A stretch of DNA of 64,000 nucleotides, from IMG/VR virus record IMGVR_UViG_3300020442_000017, positions 28,305 through 92,304 of that record; one strand, given 5' to 3'. This DNA comes from a virus. Below the pieces are notes generated by a model. The model worked only from the letters and a program-made list of their open reading frames with translations, searched no databases and had not been told where the DNA came from. A program made the position numbers and the translations under genes. Shown here in pieces: positions 1-7,528 of the stretch; the stretch's first letter is position 1, and the number at the start of each line of letters is the position of its first letter.

Positions 1-216
1 GCATACTTTGCTGAACGTGTTGGTCTTGGTGAGAAGATATACCTTCATGCTGAGATTGCTGCGTTGATCAAGTGTAAGCAAGAGTGTGATACAATTGTAG
101 TCGCACGTGTTAACTCACAAGATAGACTACGAATGGCAAAACCATGCCCAATTTGTGAACTTGCTCTTAAAGAAGCAGGTGTATCCAACATTTATTACAC
201 CACAAATGAACACTGA
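1..216 (+). CDS. Zn-dependent cytidine/dCMP deaminase-like protein (5'-partial)
   Basis: Frame-1 translation AYFAERVGLGEKIYLHAEIAALIKC...MAKPCPICELALKEAGVSNIYYTTNEH* has the HAE and PCxxC deaminase motifs; not in the ORF track. Confidence 0.8.
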   Translation, partial: AYFAERVGLGEKIYLHAEIAALIKCKQECDTIVVARVNSQDRLRMAKPCPICELALKEAGVSNIYYTTNEH

Positions 217-421
217 CTCTATCAATGCCGCACGTGATGATCTCACAACGTGGATAAACAATCGTTTCCGCTACTTGTATGGCAATAAAAGGCATGATGA
301 TGCTATTGAATTTGCAAACGAGTGGTTTGAATGGATGGATCCCAACAACTATATAAACGAGTCTACACTTTTTTACGACGAGAATGAACTCAGAGAACTA
401 TACGAGTCTATCAAAACATGA
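206..421 (+). CDS. hypothetical phage protein
   Basis: In-frame ATG at 206 within track ORF 107..421, overlapping the upstream stop. Confidence 0.6.
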   Translation: MNTDSINAARDDLTTWINNRFRYLYGNKRHDDAIEFANEWFEWMDPNNYINESTLFYDENELRELYESIKT

Positions 422-566
422 ACATCTTGATGAACAGTTGAAAGCACTCGCATTAGCGTACATTGAAGCACACAATAGAAAGGACTTCACTGTTGCTGAA
501 ATGATTCGTCATGACATTGATCAATTGAAAACCCTTTCCAAACATGGCAAGAAAGTCAAAGACTGA
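384..566 (+). CDS. hypothetical protein
   Basis: 60-aa ORF that fills the gap between its neighbours. Confidence 0.5.
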   Translation: MNSENYTSLSKHEHLDEQLKALALAYIEAHNRKDFTVAEMIRHDIDQLKTLSKHGKKVKD

Positions 567-897
567 ACAGTCACTCACTAAAAACCTATCTAAACTCACT
601 ACTACGAGTAAGAAGAAGGTAAAGAGTGTTAAATCCACTCCCAAACCATCACGTAAGACTAGAATTGATAAGAAACCAGTCTTTATTGATGTAAAATCAG
701 ATGCTAAATGGGAACTATGCAATGGTAATGGTAACATAAAGAACACATCTCCGTGGTATCTACACCCAGTAAAGCAAAATCATTTTAATAGATCATGGTT
801 TAGAGACTATGATGACGCATGTAAACAAATTAAAAGGTTGAAACTACGACCTGAAGACTACACATTATGGCATTGGACGAATCAAAAATCATCGTAA
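544..897 (+). CDS. hypothetical protein with Lys/Ser/Thr-rich basic N-terminus
   Basis: 117-aa ORF starting MARKSKT, very K-rich first 45 aa. Confidence 0.65.
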   Translation: MARKSKTEQSLTKNLSKLTTTSKKKVKSVKSTPKPSRKTRIDKKPVFIDVKSDAKWELCNGNGNIKNTSPWYLHPVKQNHFNRSWFRDYDDACKQIKRLKLRPEDYTLWHWTNQKSS

Positions 898-1463
898 GAG
901 ATGATTATCTACCACAACAGCAGTATGAACAACTAAAGGACTATTTCCTAGGTCCACGTTGTTATTGGTATTATTGTGGTAACTATAGTGGTGGATACCC
1001 ACAGATGGAGCATGTATTCTATAATGAATTTGTAGGCACACAGTGTTATGCTGGTGTGCCATTTCAAGCAGGTGAGGGTATGGCATTGATGAAACCATTG
1101 CTTAGTTCATTTAATCATTCAGCACTCCTTCGTATTCGTGCAATTTGTAATTGGAGGACTGGTACAATGACACAACGTGGATGGCATGTTGATGTACCAT
1201 TTGATTGTACCACTGCTATCTACTATCTACATGATAGTGATGCACTCACATTATTCAAAGATGGTGATGATGAACCATTGGAGTGTGAGACCAAGGGAAA
1301 TAGATTGGTTGAGTTTCCATCACAGTATGAGCATACGGTAACACCAATGACCACACCAGAGCGTAGGATACTAATCAACTTTAATTTCATACGAGCATTG
1401 CCTGTTAAAGATGGACAGACATTTGTCTCACATAGATTATCAACACAACATCCTATGTCTTGA
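867..1463 (+). CDS. 2OG-Fe(II) oxygenase superfamily protein
   Basis: HVD facial-triad motif, TAIYYL, GNRLVEFPS..EH, distal RILINFN. Confidence 0.75.
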   Translation: MALDESKIIVRDDYLPQQQYEQLKDYFLGPRCYWYYCGNYSGGYPQMEHVFYNEFVGTQCYAGVPFQAGEGMALMKPLLSSFNHSALLRIRAICNWRTGTMTQRGWHVDVPFDCTTAIYYLHDSDALTLFKDGDDEPLECETKGNRLVEFPSQYEHTVTPMTTPERRILINFNFIRALPVKDGQTFVSHRLSTQHPMS

Positions 1464-1488
1464 CATAGATCAAAGTATACAGTATTAT
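1460..1488 (+). promoter_or_regulatory. sigma70-like promoter
   Basis: TTGACA(1460-1465)-17 nt-TATTAT(1483-1488), followed by AGGAG RBS and ATG at 1509. Confidence 0.7.
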
Positions 1489-1508
1489 TATTAAAGTCTA
1501 GGAGCATT

Positions 1509-1721
1509 ATGCCACTTTCAGATTCGGTACAGAACAGTCTAAACGAAGCAACAGGACACATTCGCAATGCATTGGCATTTGCTGCACGTCAAGAACGACC
1601 AGTAACAGTGAGTGCAATTGCAAAATTGTTAAGTGATCTTGAGCATGTAGAGGCATTTGATGGTATCCTAGATAAAATAGATCACACATTAGAAAAACAT
1701 TTAGATGATGATAACATCTAG
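1509..1721 (+). CDS. hypothetical cyanophage protein
   Basis: 70-aa ORF with promoter and RBS. Confidence 0.7.
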   Translation: MPLSDSVQNSLNEATGHIRNALAFAARQERPVTVSAIAKLLSDLEHVEAFDGILDKIDHTLEKHLDDDNI

Positions 1722-1956
1722 TAAATACCTCGTATGTAATGGTGATGACATCATGATGACAGAACATTATGAACTCATGTCCAAGCGTTCTCGTGCTGGC
1801 AAGAATGGAAAGAACATCAAATGTCCTCATTGTCAATCAGTACATAAAATCTATCATCTGTCATGGTCATCATTGACATGTCATAAATGTCAGAATGATA
1901 TTGACAAATATGATTGGTTGATTGATCAATTAGACACATGGAGAACACCTAAATGA
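1705..1956 (+). CDS. zinc-ribbon protein
   Basis: CPHC...CHKC motifs; true start may be a downstream Met. Confidence 0.6.
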   Translation: MMITSSKYLVCNGDDIMMTEHYELMSKRSRAGKNGKNIKCPHCQSVHKIYHLSWSSLTCHKCQNDIDKYDWLIDQLDTWRTPK

Positions 1957-2081
1957 ATAAACTATTACAATGGGATAAGCGTTTAGCAATTAAATTTCAA
2001 CAGAAGTTTGATCTATCCAATTATCAAATGCTATGGGTAGCATTTCTTAAAGGTTTACTAATTGGTGCTATTATTCTATGA
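1953..2081 (+). CDS. small membrane protein
   Basis: 42-aa MNKLLQWDKRLAIKFQQKFDLSNYQMLWVAFLKGLLIGAIIL*, coupled by ATGA overlaps on both sides; not in track. Confidence 0.65.
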   Translation: MNKLLQWDKRLAIKFQQKFDLSNYQMLWVAFLKGLLIGAIIL

Positions 2082-2614
2082 GAGAACGTGTACTTGAACT
2101 ATTACGTGAAAGATCGTATAGACTTGGTAACTATACACTATCATCTGGTATAGAGACCGATCATTATGTCAATTGTAAACCTGTCACATTAAATGGTGAA
2201 GGTTTATATCTAATTGCAAATATGATGCTAGATCATATTCATAAAGATACAACAGCAGTAGCAGGTTTAACACTTGGTGCTGATCCTCTTGTATCTGCGG
2301 TGGCAATGGCATGTCATCAACAATGGCGTCCTCTTGATGCTCTTATTATTCGTAAACAACCTAAAGGTCATGGTACTACATCTCAAATAGAAGGTCACTT
2401 ACCACCAGAAGGTGCTACAATTACTGTATTGGAAGATGTGACCACAACTGGTCAATCAGCACTTAATGCAGTACAAGTACTACGAAATGCCAATTATAAC
2501 GTAGATAAAGTTGTTACAATCGTAGATAGACAAGATTGTGATACTCATGCTATAATGTTGAATGAAGGACTTGAGTTCTTCTCCCTATTTTCACTTTCAG
2601 AATTATGCGAATGA
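2078..2614 (+). CDS. pyrE: orotate phosphoribosyltransferase
   Basis: YTLSSG, VAGLTLGADPLV, IIRKQPKGHG and the PRPP-binding motif VLEDVTTTGQS. Confidence 0.93.
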   Translation: MRERVLELLRERSYRLGNYTLSSGIETDHYVNCKPVTLNGEGLYLIANMMLDHIHKDTTAVAGLTLGADPLVSAVAMACHQQWRPLDALIIRKQPKGHGTTSQIEGHLPPEGATITVLEDVTTTGQSALNAVQVLRNANYNVDKVVTIVDRQDCDTHAIMLNEGLEFFSLFSLSELCE

Positions 2615-2838
2615 ACGACCAAACGAAACTAGTATTTGCACTTGAGCACGTTGCACACTTGTATGATCTCATTGATGGGAATGAATGGCAACAATACTTG
2701 ACTGAACATCTGGTTCAATTTGAATCTGAACTAGAACGTCAACTCTCCCTAGAATTGAAGCGTAAATCTAATCAACCATGCCCTCCACGTAAGTCGGCAG
2801 TAGAAGCACGTAAGGAACAAGCAAATGTCAACCGATAA
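2605..2838 (+). CDS. hypothetical cyanophage protein
   Basis: 77-aa ORF overlapping both neighbours. Confidence 0.6.
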   Translation: MRMNDQTKLVFALEHVAHLYDLIDGNEWQQYLTEHLVQFESELERQLSLELKRKSNQPCPPRKSAVEARKEQANVNR

Positions 2839-3157
2839 ACATAATGATTGTATGGATGAATACTTTGAGTGTTCATCCTCATGCCCCCCTGATGATAATA
2901 CATGCCATACTGATTGCGTAGAAGAAATGAAAGAATGTCAAGTACCAGGAATTGATGTGTCTGATTATTATCATGGTCTTATTCCATATAAGTCATGGGA
3001 TAACTCTCATGGTGATCTCATCGCTGAATTACTACAAATTGCAGCACAACTAGGTGGCACTATGGAAAGATCAACTAGAGTGACATCACAAGGTACATCA
3101 TCACAAGTTATCACAATTGAATACAATGTACAAACTAACGATAAAAGAACACCTTAA
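2825..3157 (+). CDS. hypothetical protein with Cys-rich N-terminal domain
   Basis: CMDEYFECSSSCPPDDNTCHTDCVEEMKEC. Confidence 0.6.
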   Translation: MSTDKHNDCMDEYFECSSSCPPDDNTCHTDCVEEMKECQVPGIDVSDYYHGLIPYKSWDNSHGDLIAELLQIAAQLGGTMERSTRVTSQGTSSQVITIEYNVQTNDKRTP

Positions 3158-3239
3158 GTTCCTTAAACAACTCAAGAAAGATCTTAAAAAACCTGGTACA
3201 CCACTAAGGAAACGTGACAAAATCAAGAACATTCATTGA
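3126..3239 (+). CDS. small basic hypothetical protein
   Basis: 37-aa MYKLTIKEHLKFLKQLKKDLKKPGTPLRKRDKIKNIH*, bridging its neighbours; not in track. Confidence 0.45.
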   Translation: MYKLTIKEHLKFLKQLKKDLKKPGTPLRKRDKIKNIH

Positions 3240-3840
3240 ACAATACCCTAATACATTAACACAAGAACAGTGTAAAACCTTGATCTCCCTATACAAACAA
3301 GATGATAGGAAAGTTCCTGGTACTATTTCACGTGGTATTGTAGATAAACGTATTAAACATAGTATGGATTTGCAATGCACATTCTCTGATAAGAAGAACT
3401 GGGCACAATACTCATCCATACTATATCAACCATTGAATGATGCCATCTTCAAATATGTAAATGAATACGACTATCTAATGGATCTTCCTCCATTTGAAGT
3501 ACAAGACAACTATAATATTCAAGCATATAAAAATGGTGAAGGTTTTGGTAAACTACATTGTGAACTACAAGGTATGGGTAATAGACTACTTGCATGGATG
3601 ATCTATCTTAATGATGCAGCATCTGGTACTGATTTCCCATGGCAAGATACAATAACACAAGCAGTAGAAGGTACATGTGTTATATGGCCAGCAGGTTTCA
3701 CTCACCCACATAGAGGAGTAACACCTAATAAAGGATATAAAGTCATTGCTACTGGATGGTGTCAATACATACCCAGAGAAGAAGAATTACCACATCTCAT
3801 GAGCACATACAAGAAGGCATTTCCACATAAGTTTGCTTGA
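3214..3840 (+). CDS. 2OG-Fe(II) oxygenase (prolyl-4-hydroxylase-like)
   Basis: HCE...RLLAWMIYLND...GTDF...IWPAGFTHPHRG...KVIATGW. Confidence 0.85.
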   Translation: MTKSRTFIEQYPNTLTQEQCKTLISLYKQDDRKVPGTISRGIVDKRIKHSMDLQCTFSDKKNWAQYSSILYQPLNDAIFKYVNEYDYLMDLPPFEVQDNYNIQAYKNGEGFGKLHCELQGMGNRLLAWMIYLNDAASGTDFPWQDTITQAVEGTCVIWPAGFTHPHRGVTPNKGYKVIATGWCQYIPREEELPHLMSTYKKAFPHKFA

Positions 3841-3994
3841 CACATCATACACATGGATACTATCCTTTCAACACATTTTACACACACCTCCGCACCTTGC
3901 AATGACTGGGTTTTCCACAGTTTTTGATGTGCTTGTGGAAAACTTTTAAAATCATTAAAAAAATATAGGTAACGTGCGGTGGAGAAGGTGTCTT

Positions 3995-4023
3995 AGCCTA
4001 CCACCTAACGAAAGTCAAGTCAA
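3995..4023 (-). promoter_or_regulatory. leftward sigma70-like promoter
   Basis: On the minus strand TTGACT(4023-4018)-17 nt-TAGGCT(4000-3995). Confidence 0.45.
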
Positions 4024-4053
4024 CCCTCAGAAACACTTTGAAACAATCACAGG

Positions 4054-4109
4054 GACACTTGGGGAACTGGCACACACCCCTTGACAATCCTCGGAAAACC
4101 GTGTATTAT
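4054..4109 (+). promoter_or_regulatory. early promoter with palindromic upstream motif (copy 1)
   Basis: GACACT-N6-ACTGGCACA (4054-4074), TTGACA 4081-4086, TATTAT 4104-4109. Confidence 0.8.
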
Positions 4110-4292
4110 TAAAACATGGACAACCGAGGAATTTCAAAAACTTCAAAAACTCACTTTTTTACTTTTTTAAGTTTTTTACTTTTTTAAAAAAGTGAGATTT
4201 ATGACTTTTTTCGTTTAATTCAGAGGTATTTTCCACAAACCCTGTGGAAAACTCCATATATTCAATATAAATCAACAAAATCATTACAAAAC

Positions 4293-4535
4293 ATGGCAAT
4301 TTACTCAAATTTTGAATCAACTGCTGTAAAATCTATTGAAACTACTCCAAATCAAGTAAAAGTAGTGTATAATAGTAATGAAAGTAAAGAATATGCATTT
4401 GATTGTGAAGATGTCCTAGAATTCGCCAACAATTTGTGTCAAGTTCTCATTGACGCTGAGTTGGATCGTCCCTCTGGAAGTGTCGGACGGTTTCTGTCAC
4501 AATCAATCAAGGATCGTGTCCTTATCGCTCAATAA
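4293..4535 (+). CDS. KTSC-like domain protein
   Basis: ESTAVKSI...VKVVY...EYAF...GSVGRFLSQSIK resembles the KTSC pattern. Confidence 0.5.
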   Translation: MAIYSNFESTAVKSIETTPNQVKVVYNSNESKEYAFDCEDVLEFANNLCQVLIDAELDRPSGSVGRFLSQSIKDRVLIAQ

Positions 4536-4572
4536 ATAACTGAACGTTTAGTAAAACCACTGCACATTAATC

Positions 4573-4728
4573 ATGTCCAGGCGTAATAGCAACAATTCCT
4601 ACAAGGATGTGCCCCAAGATGAATACTTTGAAGACTATGGTTATGAAATCAAAAATGTAAAACGAAGTAAGAAGAAGAAGGTAGCAAAGTTTAAGCAGTA
4701 TGAGTCGTGGGAGGAGGACAGTTATTAA
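4573..4728 (+). CDS. hypothetical protein
   Basis: 51-aa MSRRNSNNSYKDVPQDEYFEDYGYEIKNVKRSKKKKVAKFKQYESWEEDSY*; not in track. Confidence 0.6.
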   Translation: MSRRNSNNSYKDVPQDEYFEDYGYEIKNVKRSKKKKVAKFKQYESWEEDSY

Positions 4729-4773
4729 AGTGGCATAGTATTAATTGACTTAAAGATCCTGTTCGTCTATTGT
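4717..4773 (+). promoter_or_regulatory. early promoter with palindromic upstream motif (copy 2)
   Basis: GACAGT-N6-AGTGGCATA (4717-4737), TTGACT 4745-4750, TATTGT 4768-4773. Confidence 0.75.
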
Positions 4774-4794
4774 ATAGATGTACAGGATTTTTTA

Positions 4795-4977
4795 TTGTCT
4801 ATGTTCTTCAAACACATTTCACTTCATGAATACGACCTCACTAACAAGGGCATCTCTCAAGCATGTTATGATGAACTTGTTGCCAGTGGTAACAATTCAA
4901 CCGAAGCACAGTTAAGAGTCCTAGCAGATAACATGCGTGAAGAGTTTAAAGACTACATGCGTCCATTATTTGCTTAG
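4795..4977 (+). CDS. hypothetical early protein
   Basis: 60-aa ORF downstream of the promoter; alternative ATG start at 4801. Confidence 0.7.
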   Translation: MSMFFKHISLHEYDLTNKGISQACYDELVASGNNSTEAQLRVLADNMREEFKDYMRPLFA

Positions 4978-4988
4978 GAGGAGATAAC

Positions 4989-5156
4989 ATGATGGATAAA
5001 ATTGATTTCCTTACTATAGTCTACGAAGACTATTGCACCAAGCATAGTTTACCTTTTGTCAGTGCAGATGAGCAGGACACGGTAGACATGGATGAGAAAC
5101 ATGTATCATGGTTGCACACATTCAACGAAATGTGGGACATTGCACAGGACAGTTAA
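4989..5156 (+). CDS. hypothetical early protein
   Basis: 55-aa MMDKIDFLTIVYEDYCTKHSLPFVSADEQ...WDIAQDS* with AGGAGGAG RBS; not in track. Confidence 0.7.
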   Translation: MMDKIDFLTIVYEDYCTKHSLPFVSADEQDTVDMDEKHVSWLHTFNEMWDIAQDS

Positions 5157-5206
5157 GAAAGTGGCACAGGGGGTATTGCATTCCCCCTTTTTCTGTGTCA
5201 TATTAT
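5148..5206 (+). promoter_or_regulatory. early promoter with palindromic upstream motif (copy 3)
   Basis: GACAGT-N6-AGTGGCACA (5148-5168), TTGCAT 5176-5181, CATATTAT 5199-5206. Confidence 0.75.
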
Positions 5207-5232
5207 AAGAGTCAACCAATTCACAACATTTT

Positions 5233-5556
5233 ATGCGAAAGATTGAACAGCAAATGAACAACGCCATCTCTAACTGCAAAGACTGGAGATCTGGCAACAC
5301 TGAGGTAGTTAACTGCAACGGTGAATCTTTTGTTTATTTGCATGGCAATCACATCGCCACACTGGGTGATGATTTTGTGAGAATCTTTGATGGTGGATGG
5401 CAATCCAACACCACTAAATCTCGTCTCAATGCAATCATCAACGGTTTCTGTAATGCATTCACTGATGGTGTATTTCAGAAAGATTTTGTGTGGTATGTGA
5501 TGGACGGAGGTGTACAACACCAGTTCGTCAATGGTTATGAATTTCAAGGTGCATAA
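5233..5556 (+). CDS. conserved cyanophage early hypothetical protein
   Basis: 107-aa MRKIEQQMNNAI...VYLHGNHIA...DGGWQSNTTKSRLNAI. Confidence 0.8.
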   Translation: MRKIEQQMNNAISNCKDWRSGNTEVVNCNGESFVYLHGNHIATLGDDFVRIFDGGWQSNTTKSRLNAIINGFCNAFTDGVFQKDFVWYVMDGGVQHQFVNGYEFQGA

Positions 5557-5575
5557 TATCGGTTGAACATATACA

Positions 5576-5605
5576 CCACCTGCTTCAATTGCAGGTGGAT
5601 TTTTA
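5576..5605 (+). terminator. rho-independent terminator
   Basis: CCACCTGC-TTCAATT-GCAGGTGG followed by ATTTTTA. Confidence 0.7.
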
Positions 5606-5711
5606 TTACCCATAGAGTGAAAACAATTCCAACGAGTTGTAACGATGAACTCCTATTGTGGGGTTTATATGTTATAATTACTTCTACGTTCTTTCGCACG
5701 AGGTCTCGCTC

Positions 5712-5837
5712 ATGACTTTCCAGGAGTATTTGGCAGAAGAATTAAAGTATTACGAGGAACACCCAGAGGAGCAAGATCCACTGGAGGCACACTCAAACTG
5801 TTCTACATTTGAAATAGATTACACAGTACAATCATGA
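5712..5837 (+). CDS. small acidic hypothetical protein
   Basis: 41-aa MTFQEYLAEELKYYEEHPEEQDPLEAHSNCSTFEIDYTVQS* with GAGG RBS and TGTTATAAT upstream (~5671-5679). Confidence 0.55.
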   Translation: MTFQEYLAEELKYYEEHPEEQDPLEAHSNCSTFEIDYTVQS

Positions 5838-5890
5838 TAGAAGATGTAACACATAGTCTACACGATTGGGAGGATTTTTGGTACAATTCA

Positions 5891-5947
5891 ACCACTTCTA
5901 CAAGTGGCACAGTTGTGCTTGATTCTCCAGTTGATGTGTGCCATAGT
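5891..5947 (+). promoter_or_regulatory. early promoter with palindromic upstream motif (copy 4)
   Basis: ACCACT-N6-AGTGGCACA (5891-5911), TTGATT 5919-5924, CATAGT 5942-5947. Confidence 0.7.
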
Positions 5948-5953
5948 AACAAC

Positions 5954-6250
5954 ATGGAAAACAACCCAATGATTTCCCTTCCAAATCCAACTAAGAAAAT
6001 TCTCATGGCAGACAACATTGTTGATCGTGATGAACTCCAACAGAATCTAATTGATCAGATTGTTGATGACATGGATCTGAAAACGTTGATGCAATTAGTT
6101 GCAGAACAGTTGGATCATAATTATGATTCGTATACAGTAGATGAACTGATTGCAGAAGCAGAGGAATACTATCCACATTTGCTAGAGAAGGAAGAACATA
6201 ATTTCTCTGAACTTGAGGCACAATGTAATGATTATGGTGTGGGCAAGTAA
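5954..6250 (+). CDS. acidic hypothetical early protein
   Basis: In-frame ATG right after promoter copy 4; the track ORF extends upstream to 5834 across the promoter. Confidence 0.6.
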   Translation: MENNPMISLPNPTKKILMADNIVDRDELQQNLIDQIVDDMDLKTLMQLVAEQLDHNYDSYTVDELIAEAEEYYPHLLEKEEHNFSELEAQCNDYGVGK

Positions 6251-6277
6251 GTAACACAAACTGGTCAGCCGCTTCGC

Positions 6278-6334
6278 TCCAGTTGGCGAAGTGGCACACC
6301 ATCGCCCCATTCTCCCCCCACCTGTGTCTATAAT
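6278..6334 (+). promoter_or_regulatory. early promoter with palindromic upstream motif (copy 5)
   Basis: TCCAGT-N6-AGTGGCACA (6278-6298), TATAAT 6329-6334, poor -35. Confidence 0.8.
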
Positions 6335-6340
6335 GTCTGT

Positions 6341-6529
6341 ATGACATACGAAATCTTCTGCCCCGCTCTGGGCGAAACAGAGCACACCACTGATCTAGAC
6401 CGTGCGATGGATCTGTGTTTCTCCATGCATGACGAGTCCAACTCCTATGCTTGCATCCGTGACGCCTTCGGTGATGTCGTTGGTGAATACGGTGACATCA
6501 TGGAGGCAGTCGCTGAGGGTTTAGTCTGA
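6341..6529 (+). CDS. hypothetical early protein
   Basis: 62-aa ORF starting at the predicted +1 of promoter copy 5. Confidence 0.75.
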   Translation: MTYEIFCPALGETEHTTDLDRAMDLCFSMHDESNSYACIRDAFGDVVGEYGDIMEAVAEGLV

Positions 6530-6720
6530 TGCATTTCAACGTACACTACATTGATTTTGATTTTGACGATGAGCACATCAGTAAGGATGAGCGAATTGAA
6601 ATCACCCAAGACCACATCGGTACATGGGAGGCATGTGACGAGGACGACCTCATAGAAGAGATTACCACATCCAGTGGATGGTGCATCAAAAAAATTGATT
6701 ACGACATCCAGTTGAAGTAG
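6529..6720 (+). CDS. acidic hypothetical early protein
   Basis: 63-aa ORF coupled by TGATG to the previous gene. Confidence 0.7.
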   Translation: MHFNVHYIDFDFDDEHISKDERIEITQDHIGTWEACDEDDLIEEITTSSGWCIKKIDYDIQLK

Positions 6721-6762
6721 TGGCACACAAGGGGTCGCATTGGTCACCCCTTGCCCTATAAT
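6707..6762 (+). promoter_or_regulatory. early promoter with palindromic upstream motif (copy 6)
   Basis: TCCAGT-N6-AGTGGCACA (6707-6727), TATAAT 6757-6762. Confidence 0.8.
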
Positions 6763-6787
6763 AACTGTATACACAACAAAGGAGAAC

Positions 6788-7093
6788 ATGAAACGCCTTG
6801 AACTCATCATGGGTCGCAACATTCCAGACAATGGCATTGTGACCGATGCAATGATGAACGACTTCATCAAACGTGAAATCATGCCACATTTTGAGTATGG
6901 CACTTTCATTGATGGCGAAGGTCTCTGGAAAGGTGAACTAGAACAGACAAAGATTTTCTACCTTGAGGTGCCTGACTCTGAGGTTGATGATCACATGATC
7001 TCCCTTAATTGCATTGCTGCCATATATAAAAGGCAGTTCAGACAAGAGTCAGTTTTGATCTCTCAAGTGCAAACAAACGCCATTTTTAACTAA
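6788..7093 (+). CDS. DUF3574-like protein; candidate SAM lyase
   Basis: AAGGAG RBS and ATG at 6788; ELIMGRNIP...DFIKREIMPHF...DGEGLWKGELEQTK...IAAIYKRQFRQESVL. Confidence 0.6.
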   Translation: MKRLELIMGRNIPDNGIVTDAMMNDFIKREIMPHFEYGTFIDGEGLWKGELEQTKIFYLEVPDSEVDDHMISLNCIAAIYKRQFRQESVLISQVQTNAIFN

Positions 7094-7263
7094 TGCCATC
7101 CATTCGCTATTGGGACGGGGTTGATCAACGTCACCCCCGTACAATTACATACAGAACAGACACCCAAGCAAGGGACGCCCATGCATACTATATCAGTTGT
7201 GGCATCCGATGCGAATTGATAGACAGTAGAGGAACTGTCACACGTGGTGTCGCCTTTGCTTGA
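7093..7263 (+). CDS. hypothetical early protein
   Basis: 56-aa MPSIRYWDGVDQRHPRTITY...TVTRGVAFA*, TAATG-coupled; not in track. Confidence 0.6.
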   Translation: MPSIRYWDGVDQRHPRTITYRTDTQARDAHAYYISCGIRCELIDSRGTVTRGVAFA

Positions 7264-7278
7264 TCGGTGCCCTATACT
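7222..7278 (+). promoter_or_regulatory. early promoter with palindromic upstream motif (copy 7)
   Basis: GACAGT-N6-ACTGTCACA (7222-7242), TATACT 7273-7278. Confidence 0.8.
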
Positions 7279-7284
7279 AAGAGC

Positions 7285-7509
7285 ATGAACACAAACGAAC
7301 TTCCCAAGCACATGCAAGACCGTTACGAAGTCAGAGACGGTTTCATCATCAACAAAGGATGCACAGACCCTGTGATCTTCGCCGCCATGGAATCCATTAA
7401 GGCAGACATGCTGAGAGAAGCACAGGAACGAAAGGAGATCCGTGAGGGTCGCCGTCCCCTCCCCCGATATGACAACTGGGGAGTCTGGAACATCAGCGAC
7501 CGCCACTGA
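7285..7509 (+). CDS. hypothetical early protein
   Basis: ATG at the predicted +1 of promoter copy 7 (MNTNELPKHMQDRY...WNISDRH). Confidence 0.7.
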   Translation: MNTNELPKHMQDRYEVRDGFIINKGCTDPVIFAAMESIKADMLREAQERKEIREGRRPLPRYDNWGVWNISDRH

Positions 7510-7528
7510 TACAAAACAACTACTCATC

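Larger units (their letters stand above)
3910..4251. other. candidate replication origin / structured non-coding element
   Basis: Four TTTTCCACA 9-mers as two inverted pairs (3911-3919/3934-3942 and 4229-4237/4243-4251), T-tracts, a 12-bp inverted repeat (4150-4161/4185-4196) and divergent promoters. Confidence 0.45.
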
